A stretch of DNA of 64,000 nucleotides from Octopus sinensis (GCF_006345805.1 NC_042999.1:138260001-138324000); one strand, 5' to 3'. Counted from the first letter of the stretch, positions 14,358-28,113 are shown. The notes: generated by a model from the sequence alone, not told the origin. Made by a program: numbers and translations.

Positions 14358-14412
<55 letters not shown>
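13060..14412. repeat. Long CT/CA/TATC simple-repeat region upstream of the DUSP promoter
   Basis: Strongly pyrimidine- and CA-biased on the plus strand, with multiple (CT)n, (CA)n and (TATC)n tracts. Confidence 0.9.
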
Positions 14413-14413
<1 letters not shown>

Positions 14414-14668
14414 CAACAATAGCAAAAATCACAGCGTAAAAATCCAGGATATCCCTGTTAGTGAGAAAATAGTATAAAAAAACTATATTACACCCTATTT
14501 CGGCGAGTGTAGATACATACTTATGCACATGCATACATGCAATATGTGTGAGTGTGTGTGTGTATATATACATACATAAATATACATACGTGTATGTATA
14601 TATATATATGTACGTATATATGTACGTGTATGTGAGTGTGTGTATATATATATATATATTATATATAT

Positions 14669-14736
<68 letters not shown>

Positions 14737-14824
14737 GTATATGTATGTATGTATATCATTCACCATGATAGATCGCTAACCACTACGCGTTCTTTATTTT
14801 CTCTCCTTGTCTCCTTTTGTGTCC

Positions 14825-14945
14825 CTTTCTGTGGAAGAGCGTAGGCTCGAAACGTTAAAGACTTTTTCACTTCCCGAGCGTTAAACTAATACATCTGTTT
14901 GTTGTCTACACCACCTCTCTTTGTCTTTTGTTTTTTTTTATGAAT
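14825..14945 (+). mobile_element. Short Penelope-type terminal repeat carrying minimal hammerhead motif (A6U variant)
   Basis: CTTT-CTGTGGA-A-GAGC(GTAG)GCTC-GAAA-CGT-T-AAAG followed by a T-rich tail. A second copy lies on the minus strand at 54540-54625. Confidence 0.65.
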
Positions 14946-15093
14946 TCTTCATGTATATATATATATATAAACTTTCATTCACACTTTGAATTTGGTGGTA
15001 CTGGTAACGGCTTTAGCTCGCTCTGATACTGAGTTGAGATGATGCCTTCTAGTATCTCGAAATTTAATATACAATTATTCATAATTGTAGTGT

Positions 15094-15184
15094 CCTACGC
15101 TGATGGGAAAAGAAGTTGGGTAAGATATAATTATCTAATTCTTATGCTTTCCTAAAACTTAATTTCGAAACGTACGTCCGTAGG
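15094..15184 (+). ncRNA. Type I hammerhead ribozyme motif (A9G)
   Basis: Stem I CCTACG/CGTAGG (6 bp), core CTGATGG, stem II GAAA/TTTC with 52-nt insert, GAAA, palindromic stem III ACGTACGT, GUC cleavage triplet (after 15178). Confidence 0.75.
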
Positions 15185-15371
15185 TGACTTAAAATTGTAT
15201 GATAGATTGCCGTCATTTCATTCTCTCTTACCTGTCTGTGTTTGCCTTTCAAGTGCTGTGTTTTTACTGAGATCTCCCTTTTAGTAGAAAGAATAGCTAT
15301 AACTCTTTGACTGCTATTTCTAAATTCGGTGTGTGGTGAGGCAATTCGTTGCTAAACCCTTAATTGCTTAG

Positions 15372-16351
<980 letters not shown>

Positions 16352-16398
16352 TAACGCCACAAACAAACACACCCACAGATTTCCACATGTGTAGTAGA

Positions 16399-16430
<32 letters not shown>

Positions 16431-16431
<1 letters not shown>

Positions 16432-16620
16432 TGTACGTCTGTATTTGTCCCCCACCATCGCTTGACAACCGGTGTAACATAGCGGTTCGGCAAAAAAGCC
16501 GACAGAATAAGTACTAGACTTACAAAGAAGAAGTCCTGGGACCGATTTGCTCGACTAAAAGGCGGTGCTCCAGCATGGCCGCAGTCAAATGACTGAAATA
16601 AGTAAAAGAATAAAAGAATA
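16431..16620 (+). mobile_element. SINE family B, 3' half
   Basis: After (TG)n: ...CGCTTGACAACCGG...TAGCGGTTCGGCAAAA...CTGGGACCGATTTGCTCGACTAAAAGGCGGTGCTCCAGCATGGCCGCAGTCAAATGACTGAAA. Matches the full copies at 24492, 49887 and 63453. Confidence 0.9.
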
Positions 16621-17639
16621 TGGATAATGTATGTATATGCATACCTATAGTATACACATGAATGCGAGCGCGCGTGTGTTTGTGTATAGGGGAGAAAGAA
16701 TGTACGTGTGGGTGTGTATGTGTATTTGGGCCTCAAGATTATTTGTGGATAAATAGGTCTGTGAGACGATGCCATTTGTTTTATTGCTAGAGTCAGTCAG
16801 AGATACATGTGTCCTTAAGAACCACCGTCACCAGATCCACCACCACCACCACCACCACCACCACTACTACTGCTACTTCTATAAGCCACCGAACAAATTT
16901 TATTTCTATTTCTCAGCTATATGTATGTTTATGTTAGTTATTTTAATGCATGTGTGCATGCGTGTCTGTTCGTTGCTCGTAAGCTTAAATCTTTCTATAC
17001 ACATAAGCACACATTACGTAGATAGTATTATATAATTCGGGTAGAAATTCCCCCTCCATCTAAATGTATAGATATGAAAATATGAGACCTTTTTTAGATA
17101 CTTTTCTCATATTTTTAATTCTTCTGTGAAATATGAAAGGGTGCTCGTTTCCTTTGTCAGTTCTTTCTCGATTTATGTGACAACCACTCGTGATATTGAC
17201 AACTACTATAGTTTGACTGGTAAAACGAATGTCTTTTGTCCAACTGCCGCTGACGAAGTGAATCGTCACCAAAACATATAAATGTTTCGTGAAGTAACAT
17301 GTGTATTTAAAGTTCAGTGTTCCAATTATTTCATTTGAATAGAAGTATAGTCATAGCACCTACGGCATTAAGCATAATAGTTAAATAGGAATTTTTCAAT
17401 GAGAAGAAAATCGTCCCCGCTCCCCACAAAAAAGGAGAGTTGGACTCTTCATTTTTGGAGGCAATGGACGGTTCGATAGGTTTCAAACAACATAACAACC
17501 TGTTTGAGTGAGAAAGAGAGAGGGAGAGAGAGAGAGATAGATAGAGAGAGAGAGGGAGAGAGAGAGAGAGAAAGAGAGAGATAGAGATAGAGAGAATGTT
17601 GGAAAGGGAGAAATAGACAGAGGAAGAGGGAAAAGAATT

Positions 17640-17789
17640 GTCCTCTTGTACAGTTTGGTTCCAAAGCCACATAATTCCGGGTTTAGTCCCACTGCGCGGC
17701 ACTTTGGTTACGTGGTTTCTACTATAGTCTTTGACCGACTAAAACCTTGTGAGTGGATTTCGCAGATGGAAACTGTGAGAAGCCCGTCA
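17640..17789 (+). mobile_element. SINE family B, 5' half (diverged)
   Basis: TTCCGGGTTTAGTCCCACTGCGCGGCAC...CCTTGTGAGTGGATTT...GGAAACTGTGAGAAGCCCGTC then (TA)n. Homologous to the head of the 63453 copy. Confidence 0.8.
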
Positions 17790-17815
17790 TTTATATATAT
17801 ATATATATATATATA

Positions 17816-19415
17816 ACTCAAACCCCACTTCAAGCCCAAACCAGAAAAGAGAGGAGGTGTCAACAAGAAAATCAAAACTAGTGGTCTGCATCAAAACGAA
17901 GTGAAAATAAACTTCCAGGCAGGCTACAGGCAAAACTTGATCAATCCAACTGCCCCACAGATCCCTCTCAGGAACAACTGAAAATTGCCATCTTACAGAC
18001 TTCTGCAGAAATCTTTGGGTTTACGAAGAAAAAGAACACGGATTGGTTCGACGAAAACAAATATACTGATCCAGGAATTACTAAAGAAGAAGAGGTCTGT
18101 CAACCAAGCACACCTGGCACAACCATCCTGCCCAGAGAAGAAAGCCGTGTTTCGCCAAGCAGCGTGAAGTTCAGAATGAGTGGTGAACTAACCTCGCACA
18201 GAGAACCCAGCTGTGCGCTGACACTGGCGAGTACGGGGTGTTCTACGAAGTTCTCAAGGCAGTTTCTGGCCCAGCACATCAAGTATGGAGTCCCCTAGCT
18301 TAGACGGTCAAGTGCTTCTCACAGACACAGCATCCATCCTCAACCGCTGGTATAAATACTTTCAGGCCCTTTTCAGTACAAACCGAGTTGTCCAGAAAAA
18401 CGCAATCCTTCACATCCAGCAGCAGCCAGTCAGAATGGAACTAGATGAGCCTCCTACCCTAGAAAAGACCACAGTTGCCATAGGCCGGCTGAAGAATAGA
18501 AAGGCAACAGGAGTCGATGGCATACTACCAGAAATATGGAAGTATGGGGGTTCTGTCCTATATGCTAAACTCCAAGAGCTCCTCACTGCATGTTGAGGAT
18601 AGGGCAAGCTGCCACGAAATCCCTGCGATGCTGTCATCATTACACTGTACAAAAACAAAGGGGAAAAAATCAGACTGCTAAAACTACCGGGAGATCACTC
18701 TGCTTTCCACCGCAGGAAAAGGTTACTCCATCGCCGAAAATCATGTCCCAGAAAGCCAACAGGGGCACAACAGATATGGTTTCCGTTCTCAGGCAGCTCC
18801 AAGAAACGTTCCAGGAGCAAAATAAAGCACTTTATGCCACACTTGTCGATCTAACAAAAGCTTTCGACACTATGAGCAGGAAAGGCAGATCCTAAACCGA
18901 CTCGGATGTTCCCCCCAAATTCCTAACATGATCATCCAGCTTCACGGAGAAGAATAAGGATAAGTCCGCTTGAACGACGACATATTAGAGCCATGTCCTG
19001 GTACCAATTCTCTTCAGCATCTTTTTCAGCATGATGCCCAAGTAGGCCACTGCAGACCTCGGCACTGAAGACGGTGTTTACGTCAGGTACCGTCGGTATG
19101 GCAGCCTTTTCAACCTCTGGTACCTACAGGCCCACACCAAGACCCAAGAGCAACTGATCCAGGACCCCCGCTTTGCAGATGATGCCGCACTTGTCGCACA
19201 CAGGGAAAGAGACCTGCAACGCATCACGTCCTGTTCTGCAGAGGCCGCCCAGCTCTTCGGGCTGGAAGTAAGCTTGAAAAAGACTGAAGTCCTACATCAA
19301 CCAGCTCCTCAGGAAGATTACAGCCCACTCCGTAACACCATTGCCGAAACAAAACTGAAGTCGGTACAACAGTTCACTTATATTGGATGCACCATCTCAT
19401 CAAATGCGAGTTTGA
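17816..19415 (+). mobile_element. RTE-clade (BovB-like) LINE fragment, decayed ORF2 RT region
   Basis: Frameshifted peptides include ATGVDGILPEIWKYGG, LRQLQETFQEQNKALYATLVDLTKAFDT, RFADDAALVAH and GLEVSLKKTEVLHQPAP...FTYIGCTISSNA. Confidence 0.92.
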
Positions 19416-20165
19416 CCCCACCCATACCTTTTCTATATCAACTTTCTCTATCATTTCACCCCTACGCACATATCCCACACTTATTCACTCCTTACCTTCT
19501 CATCTCTTCCTATCTCTCCCCCACTCCTCTCCCATCCTGCCCTCACATTATCTTGACCACCAACCAACACTCATTTTCTCATTTCTTTCACCCTTTCTTC
19601 ATATTTTCACTCTTTTTCTCACTCTTTTCACTTTTGTCTCTCTCCTTTTTGTCTCTCTTTCTTCCTATCATTTTCTCTTCCTGTTTTCATTTTGAACTAT
19701 CCTTTCATTCTAATCATACACATCTCCACCACTCCCATCTATCCACAAATACATTCTCAAATTTTCATTCACACCACAAGACCGTTTCGAATGAGTAACA
19801 CAGAATCCACGACTCCACACTTCGAAATGATTAAATATGAGCTACTATTGGAACTTACATACCATGTACAGAAGATTTTTTAAAACACTTTTATACACCA
19901 CATTCCTCGAATAATGGAACTGAAACTACAATATCTTTATATATTTTATATTTTATTTCTACTTTCTTTCTCTTATTCCCCTCTATATTCCCTATCTCCT
20001 CCTTTTCCATAATAATTCTTTTTTTCGATCTCAAATATTTACCTTTATTTAACCGTCCCACATCGTCTCTGATGAAGGGATATCCATAATATCCCAGAAA
20101 CAGCTGTAAGACTATATCTATATCCGTTTCCTTATAAATATCCTGAAAACTCTTCACAAGCTTAG
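19416..20165 (+). mobile_element. Penelope-type 3' region (CT-rich tract plus hammerhead)
   Basis: Pyrimidine-rich tract like the one following the Penelope ORF at 57900-58550, ending in a hammerhead motif at 20065-20112. Confidence 0.5.
20065..20112 (+). ncRNA. Type I hammerhead ribozyme motif
   Basis: GTCT-CTGATGA-A-GGGATAT(CCATA)ATATCCC-A-GAAA-CAGCTG-TA-AGAC: stem I 4 bp, stem II 7 bp, palindromic stem III ACAGCTGT, GUA site after 20108. Confidence 0.8.
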
Positions 20166-20189
20166 CTTTGTTATCTCATTTTGTCTAAT

Positions 20190-20245
<56 letters not shown>

Positions 20246-20863
20246 TACTAATACAAGACCCACATAAGATTCCTCACTCGTATCCGTTTATGCCCCATGA
20301 ATCACCGGTTCAGTAATTAAAGATTGATAAAATAAATATCACGTTGAAAAGTTACCGGGATTAGTATGATTGACTAAATTATTAAAGGTAGTGCTCAAGG
20401 ATGACCGCAGTCTCATAGTTTAAAATGAACAGCAAGGAATAAAAGAATAAAAGTATGTAAATGAACATGCATTAATTTTATTGTTTCATTCAGTGGATTG
20501 TGTCTGTTAAGAATATAGTCGGTTACATTGACTCGGTAGAGATCTGGTACTTCTTTTATTGATCTTGAAGGGTGAAAGCAAAACTTATTTGTAGAGGTAG
20601 TGGAGCATTGAATGTAAAAGAACTTAATTATTTGCTATAAAGTATTTTGACCAACGTTCTATATCTCTTTGTGTGTGTGCGTGTGTTGAGTGTCTGTCTG
20701 TCTGTCTCTCTGTCTGTCTGTGTCTCTCTACATACGCGCGCGCAAACACATGCACACACACAGACACTCAGACACAGACACACACAGTGGCACAGACACA
20801 TACACACACACACATACTTGATATCATTTCTATTCTGTGTTGAGTCAGACCTTTTTGCATGTA

Positions 20864-21018
20864 CGAGGGGTGTATGAAAAGTTTTGAGCCTCAGCCTAAA
20901 AAAAAATAAAAAAGACATGGTACTTTTTATGAAGGTACAAGACTTGTACCTCCACCTTGTACCTGAGACTTCAAGGCTCAAACGCCTTGAAGGCTCAAAA
21001 CTTTTCATATACCCCTTG
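20864..21018. mobile_element. Tc1/mariner MITE, 155 bp
   Basis: 28-bp TIRs CGAGGGGTGTATGAAAAGTTTTGAGCCT / AGGCTCAAAACTTTTCATATACCCCTTG (2 mismatches), TA on both sides. Confidence 0.9.
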
Positions 21019-22745
21019 TAAACATATATACTTTTTTGTATTTAATTGCTTATCCTTACATTTATTCCATATATACTAGCATGTTTATATTTTATTTTTT
21101 CTGGTTTGATCACCCACGCCATTGGGAGGTCATCTGAGACCGCTGTTGTTCATATTTTTTATCTATAATTGCACGATAACGTTACAACAAAAAAAAGAAA
21201 AACATATGTAGGCGGTGTATATGTGTGTCTAGGACGGTGAATTTAAGTGAATTGACTAAGTATAATATTTCGTTCAGAATTAAGGAGTGGAGAAAATATG
21301 GGCGAAGTAAAGAGGGGAGGCGATTGTGTCGAGTAGACTAAGTTGAAGTGGAACAGGATCAAGTTAATCCAGGTTAGTAGTGGTTGTAGACGTGATAAGA
21401 AACACGTATGCGGGTCTGAGATTGGAGTCCTTAGTGATTTCATGCCAATCAATCAGATTCTTACCTGATTATCTTATTTTATTAAGTCTAGGGTATTTGT
21501 ATGTGTCATAGCAGCACTGTCCTAATTATAGGAGCAGTACTCCGTTGTGGGTCCCAAATGAGCTTAGTATAGGATTTGGGAATTTTGGGGTGCTGAGGTA
21601 TTTTCTGGCCCTGAAAGGAAATTTAGTCTTCGTGATTCAGTCATGTTAAATGCATTCTCTGCTATGCTAAAGGTACGATATCAACGGGAAGAATCTTTAG
21701 ATATGGGAAGGCAATTGTTGGGACTCAGAGGGTTGCAGTGATGTGCAGTTTGTGTATTGGGTAGGTAAGATACAAGACTGTCTTGATACGCAGTTAAAGA
21801 GATACGGTCCCGTTAAGCGGGTTTGTTTTTCATGACCTTTGTCCGTTGACTCAATGCAAGTTTGATGTGATGTGTGCAGATTGTATCTGGGCGTCACATA
21901 CGTACAGCGTATTGGGGAGAAGTGAGGAGTGGTATCCTTATATTGGAGCTTTATTTTAAATACATAACGGTTTAGCAGCCGGTACTTCATTGTCCAAAAA
22001 TCTTTACTCACTATATGCTCTTGACAACCAGAAATCGCATCCTGAAAAGACGAAAGCTTCACCTTAAAGCAGTCCATACGTCAATGCAGTATTTCTTCCT
22101 GTCCGTTGAAAGTTCACTTGTTCAACCATGCTGTTGTTTAGCTTCAGATCATCCACCAAAGGGCAGACGTTGATCAAAGCGTTACTGTTTTGGTTATTCC
22201 ATTTTTGTTTCAGACACTGAATATCTGTAATGACATTATTCAATATGCTCAATTGTAAAGGCAGCAGAATGTTATCTAAAGGCGATTATGCTGCTATTTC
22301 CATCATGTGGAAAGACCAACAAGAGGCTTGTTCGTTCGCGCGTCGTTGCTCGCGCTATTGCTAAAAAATTGTTGCTCGTATTGTTGTTGTTTTTCTACTG
22401 GTCAGTCTTAAATGAGTAGACTTATGATTATTCAAATATAGTATATCTAGGATTACTTTATTCCGTATGTTCCTTTACGATACCGCAGAATGTAATTTGA
22501 TGGGAATCCAGCTGCTTATTACTAACAAGTCGAGTCTCCCTTCTCCACTATCTAGTTTACTCTAAATAAATCAAATTATAGAAGTTTAATCTTTGTCAGC
22601 TATATCGAGCTCGCCAGTCAGCGAGATCCTGAGAATGGTAAGGACATTGCTACCTCTTGAGACTAATTTACGCATACATACACACGGATTGAGACCTACC
22701 TACCTACCTACCTACCTACCTATAAATATATTCATCAGATATATA

Positions 22746-22831
<86 letters not shown>

Positions 22832-23410
22832 TATAATTATTTATATAGATGTATACGTATATGAGTAGTATTCCTTTCTAGATCAATGTCTTTCCAGCTT
22901 CATATTTTTTTCTTACAGACGTCAACCAATGAAACTGCAAACTCACCATCATCCGCTTCGATCTTCCCAGTGTGTTTATTGACGTTGTTGCATCAGCCTC
23001 TTATGATTAATTATTTTACAAAAGAAAGTATATAAATTATCCAGCTGTTTGAAACTGTCTCTAAAAATAGAAATTAACATCAAATCGGAATATGGGTTTC
23101 AGCTTTCAGAGTCAAGGTCCTCTTGATTTCCGTAGACTTGCAATATCCTTGAAAGATCCGGGAATTTTGAAACGTTCAAAAATATATTTCAATACATATA
23201 GAGTAAAGAAAAATATTCAAATTGAACTTCACCGACACTGAAGGCTTTACAAGAATAACGAGAACAGACCCCCTCCCTTTGCTAATTAACGTATATAAAC
23301 TCTCTCTCTCCCCTCTCCCTCCTCTCTCTCTTCTCTCTCTCTCCCACTCTCTCTCTCTTTCTCTCTTTCTCTCTCTCTCTCTTTCTCTCTTTCTCTCTCT
23401 CTCTTTCTCC

Positions 23411-23456
<46 letters not shown>

Positions 23457-23517
23457 ATACACATCCCTAGATACATTACATCTTAACGAATAACGACTAT
23501 GCAAATTGCAGTGTTAA

Positions 23518-23935
23518 GATTGGTTTAAAATATTGAAACAAGGCCAGCAAGTTCGGGGGAGATGGTATGTTGATTATAATTCCCCCAATACTTGTCTGGT
23601 ACTTATTTTATCGGCCCCGAAATGTTGAAAGCAAAGTTGACCTCAGCTGAATTTGAACTCAGAACTGGAAGACAGACGAAATACCCCTTAAGCATTTTGT
23701 CCTGCGTGATATCGATTCTTATTTCTTTACTGCCCACAAGGGGATACACACAGAGGGGACAAACAAGGACAGACAAACGGATTAAGTCGATTATATCGAT
23801 CCCAGTGCTTAACTGGTACTTATTTAATCGACCCAGGAAAGGATGAATGGCAAAGGCGACCTCGGCGGAAATTAAACTCTGAACGTAGCGGCAGACGAAA
23901 TCTGCGTGATATCGATTCTGTCAGCTCATCGCCTT
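23518..23935 (-). mobile_element. SINE family A1 with nested A2 insertion (23720-23901)
   Basis: tRNA-like head GGCGATGAGCTGACAGAATC, B-box-like GAGTTCAAATTC in the host, two different 3' tails. The inner unit is flanked by a perfect 18-bp direct repeat (23702-23719, 23902-23919). Confidence 0.85.
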
Positions 23936-24242
23936 AAGTGCAAATCTGATATTCAATGTTCCAATTATTAGAAGTTCGGCATCGGTTGATATAAGAATCA
24001 TTAGGTAACCAAACTAAATGCTATGCAAGGTTTAGTTAAATCAGTATACGTTCAGAGTTCAAATCCTCACCAAAACGATTTTGCTATTTATCCTTCGGGA
24101 ATGGATAAAATACCAGTAAATTATTAGGTTCTCGTTCTATTTGATTGTTTCCGTTCCCCCCAAAATGAATTTGCCTTATGACCATATAGAACTAGCTATT
24201 ATTATTACCATAAAACTATTATATTTATAGTTAGACTTAATA

Positions 24243-24390
24243 TTATTCTTTTTTTTTCCTGCTCAAAGCACAAGGCCCGAAATTTTTGGGGAGGGGCCGG
24301 TCGATTAGATCGACTCCGGCACGCAACTGGTACTTAATTTATCGACCCCGAAAGGATGAAAGGCAAAATCGACCTCGGCGGAATTTGAAC
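24243..24390 (-). mobile_element. SINE family A1, 5'-truncated
   Basis: Minus strand GTTCAAATTCCGCCGAGGTCGATTTTGCCTTTCATCCTTTCGGGGTCGATAAATTAAGTACCAG... with A1 tail CGGGCCTTGTGC. Confidence 0.85.
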
Positions 24391-24491
24391 TTATGATTAT
24401 TACGAGATGTATCAACTGAGTAGTGGAGAAAATGCCTTACGGTGTTTAGTTCAGTCCATTTTTGTTCAAATTCTGACTTTGATATCAAATG

Positions 24492-24974
<483 letters not shown>

Positions 24975-25717
24975 AGTCAACAGAAATATCTTTACGTGAT
25001 CCACAGAGATTATGACATTATAAAGAACCATTATCTGTATTATTTCACCATCGAATATCATGGAGAAAATTTAAATTTGGGATAATTCCAAGTTAAAATT
25101 ATTTAAGAAACAAAGGGCTGCAGTTTTAATTCCTAACACTCACGTACACAAACAGACATTAACTTACAAAACACACACACGTTGATTTACATATACCCGC
25201 ATGCGCATAACCACACACACACAGTTACATACAAATACTGACTGACTCACTTATCCCACCATACATACACGCACGTGCATACACGATAGCCTTACTATCT
25301 CCATGTTCTCCGATTCACATTGCATCATTTAAAGCTTGTCTAATACGCTGGAGATATGGAGATGGATTAATCTTGCTGAGAATTTAATCCACCAAACGTC
25401 TAGAGCTGTATTGTAATCTTTAATATGATGTCTACTCGACAACAATAATAACAGCCTTACAATATTCCTTCAACTTAATCACAAATTTATGGCTTGAAAG
25501 ACTCAATCGCAAAGAGTAGATGAATATCAATGTGTATATAATTGTGTTCTTACACCAGTGTTCAAACACCTGGCTGTATACAGCTAGCCAATAAGTGATG
25601 CACTGTTTTAACTATATATATATACATTTCAGGTACAGTCTTATATCTCAGATACATGGTAAATTTATCACGCTTTCTATCTTTCACCGTCCATATTTGT
25701 GCATGTGTGTGTGTCTG

Positions 25718-25750
<33 letters not shown>

Positions 25751-26341
25751 ACAGCTACGCTGGCGCCAAAAGTTTCTTATATAATACTTATCGAATATGA
25801 ATCTTGAGATGGCAAGGCATTTTCAGTAAAAAAAGATATCTCTCTCTCTCACTCATATATACATATACATACATACATACATATATACATACATACATTT
25901 ATATATATATATATATATATATATACTTTGAAATATATATATATATAGATATATATATATATATTATATATATATATATTATATATATATATATATGCAC
26001 CGCAGAATCTATTGAATACTCTACTTGCGTTTGAGAATGTACTCAATGTACTCACGCAGGTTTGGAATTACAAACGGGAAACAAGAATACTCATTATTAT
26101 ATACATATACTTAAGCTCATGAAGGCGCATACAGCTGTCTTTACTGTTGTTGAATGCTCGAAATGATGCGTAGATAGACAGCCGACAACTGATGAAGAGT
26201 CTTTTCTCTGTGTTAACTTGTCCTGTTTTCCATTTTTTCTCGTTGTCTACGCATTTCTCTCGCTTTTCCCTCGTTTGTTTACGTATTTCATGTTATTTGC
26301 ACCGTTGGTGACGTCCTGTAGTCATATATATATATATATAT

Positions 26342-26810
26342 ATAACTCTATTCCTTGGAGCGTAGGCGAGAAAGATATGCCATAATATACATCTGGAAGA
26401 TTCTGGAAGGACTTGTCCCAAACTTTGGCATCGAGAGTACACAAATGCGAGAACTGGGCGCCACTGCGTGGTGCCTAGGACTCCAAATTTTCCAGCAAGA
26501 TGTAGGACAAGATACTGTGATAGCCTGGGCTTCCGAGGCCCACAGCTCTTCAATATCCTCCCGAAGAACCTAAGAGACCTGCATGGGGTGGATGCAGATG
26601 TCTTTAAAATGAAACTGGATCTCTTCTTGTCAGGTATCCCAGATGAACCAACTTTACGGCAGGAGGTGCAGATGAGGGCAGCTGCATCGAACTCTCTCAT
26701 GCACCAAATGGCAGTTGCTAAAAAGCATTCGTGAAGTAAAACCATGTAGCAACACCAAATGGCGGTGCCCCAGCATGGCCACAGCTCGTGAGCTGAAACT
26801 AGAATCAATC
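26342..26810 (+). mobile_element. CR1-like LINE 3' end
   Basis: YSLERRRERYAIIYIWKILEGLVPNFG and RGPQLFNILPKNLRDL...FKMKLDLFLSGIPDEP...RAAASNSL, then a 3'UTR with hairpin CAGCTCGTGAGCTG. Flanked by (TA)n. Confidence 0.88.
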
Positions 26811-26821
26811 ATATATATATA

Positions 26822-26865
<44 letters not shown>

Positions 26866-26878
26866 GTGTGTATGCATA

Positions 26879-26914
<36 letters not shown>

Positions 26915-27179
26915 TGTGTATGTATGTATGTATGTATGTATATATGTATGTATATATATATGATTGTGTGTGTATGCATGTGTGTGGGGTGCTTCTGATA
27001 TGTAAATCATGTGTGAATATTTGCCTATCTCACTGTGCATACATAATTGTTCATTACCAAGTGTTGAGTCCAGTGTTGTAGTATTGGATGTCCTGATTTT
27101 GATATTCGGCTGAAACCTACTTATAAAGCTCATTTAATTTATACCTGAAACAAAGGAATGACTCAGAGAAAAGCGTCAG

Positions 27180-27470
27180 TATCATAACTCCCGTTTCTGA
27201 ATTTCTATGTCTTCTGGATGGTCTGAGCAAAATTTAGCAAAATTTGATGCAATATCTCACCCCGATGCGTTCGGTGATAACGAACATCCGACGTACGTCC
27301 ATTACACGTCTGTGCTGTAGGCATAACCGCCGGGAACTGACGCGGCCTACCGGCGCGAAAATTGTCATTCCTGTGCAAGAAAGGTGGCGTTACTTTCCAC
27401 TTAAAAGCTCTTGCCCACACAACGTTAGTTTTGGCGGGAAAAAATTTGGATACTTTTTGAACTTACCTCA
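27180..27470 (-). mobile_element. Mariner 5' fragment (TIR plus decayed transposase start)
   Basis: Minus strand TA|TGAGGTAAGTTCAAAAAGTATCC TIR-like end and ERIGVRYCIKFC* resembling the mariner N-terminal EQRYCIKFC motif. Confidence 0.7.
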
Positions 27471-27987
27471 TACATTACAGTCATGCTGTCTTAGCAACCA
27501 ATATAGCTATAGCTATTTGAAATTACTGATAACATTCCCTTGTCTCTTATCACATACAGCTGTGGATATTTAATGCCATAAAATTTCTTAATGTCATTGT
27601 GTAACTGTTGACGTCTCCGTCTTTGTCTAGTGTGCCAAGGCCAACGGGAAGTCGACCTGGTGAAGCGTATCACTTTTCAGGTTATAATCTGAAGAGTAGA
27701 ACAAATAGACTGTTGTAGCCAGTATTCGAAACTAAATCTTACACCCAGTTTACAGGTAGATCACCATCGTAGTATGTTGCTTTACAACCAACTAGCAGAG
27801 ACAGAGCCTCAAAGGAGTAGATTGAGCTGTTTGAAATATCAACGGAATCTCCAAGTCACTACTTCACCAAGACCGATTCCGGAGACAGGGTAGAAAAATG
27901 AGTCTAAAATCAACGAGCTAATGGTGATGCCCCAGTATAACCACAACTTCTTGTTTAAATCAATCAAAGAATGAAAGGATATAGGCA

Positions 27988-28113
<126 letters not shown>

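Noticed and set aside
19274-19798. 174-aa ORF as a gene
   Set aside because: Chimeric: about 47 aa of RTE RT followed by translation of a CT-rich tract.
21540-22260. Minus-strand ORFs (126 and 62 aa) as a gene or Penelope N-terminus
   Set aside because: Only a faint PILSSFGTHN resemblance to PLE RT. No convincing motif, so probably an old repeat relic.
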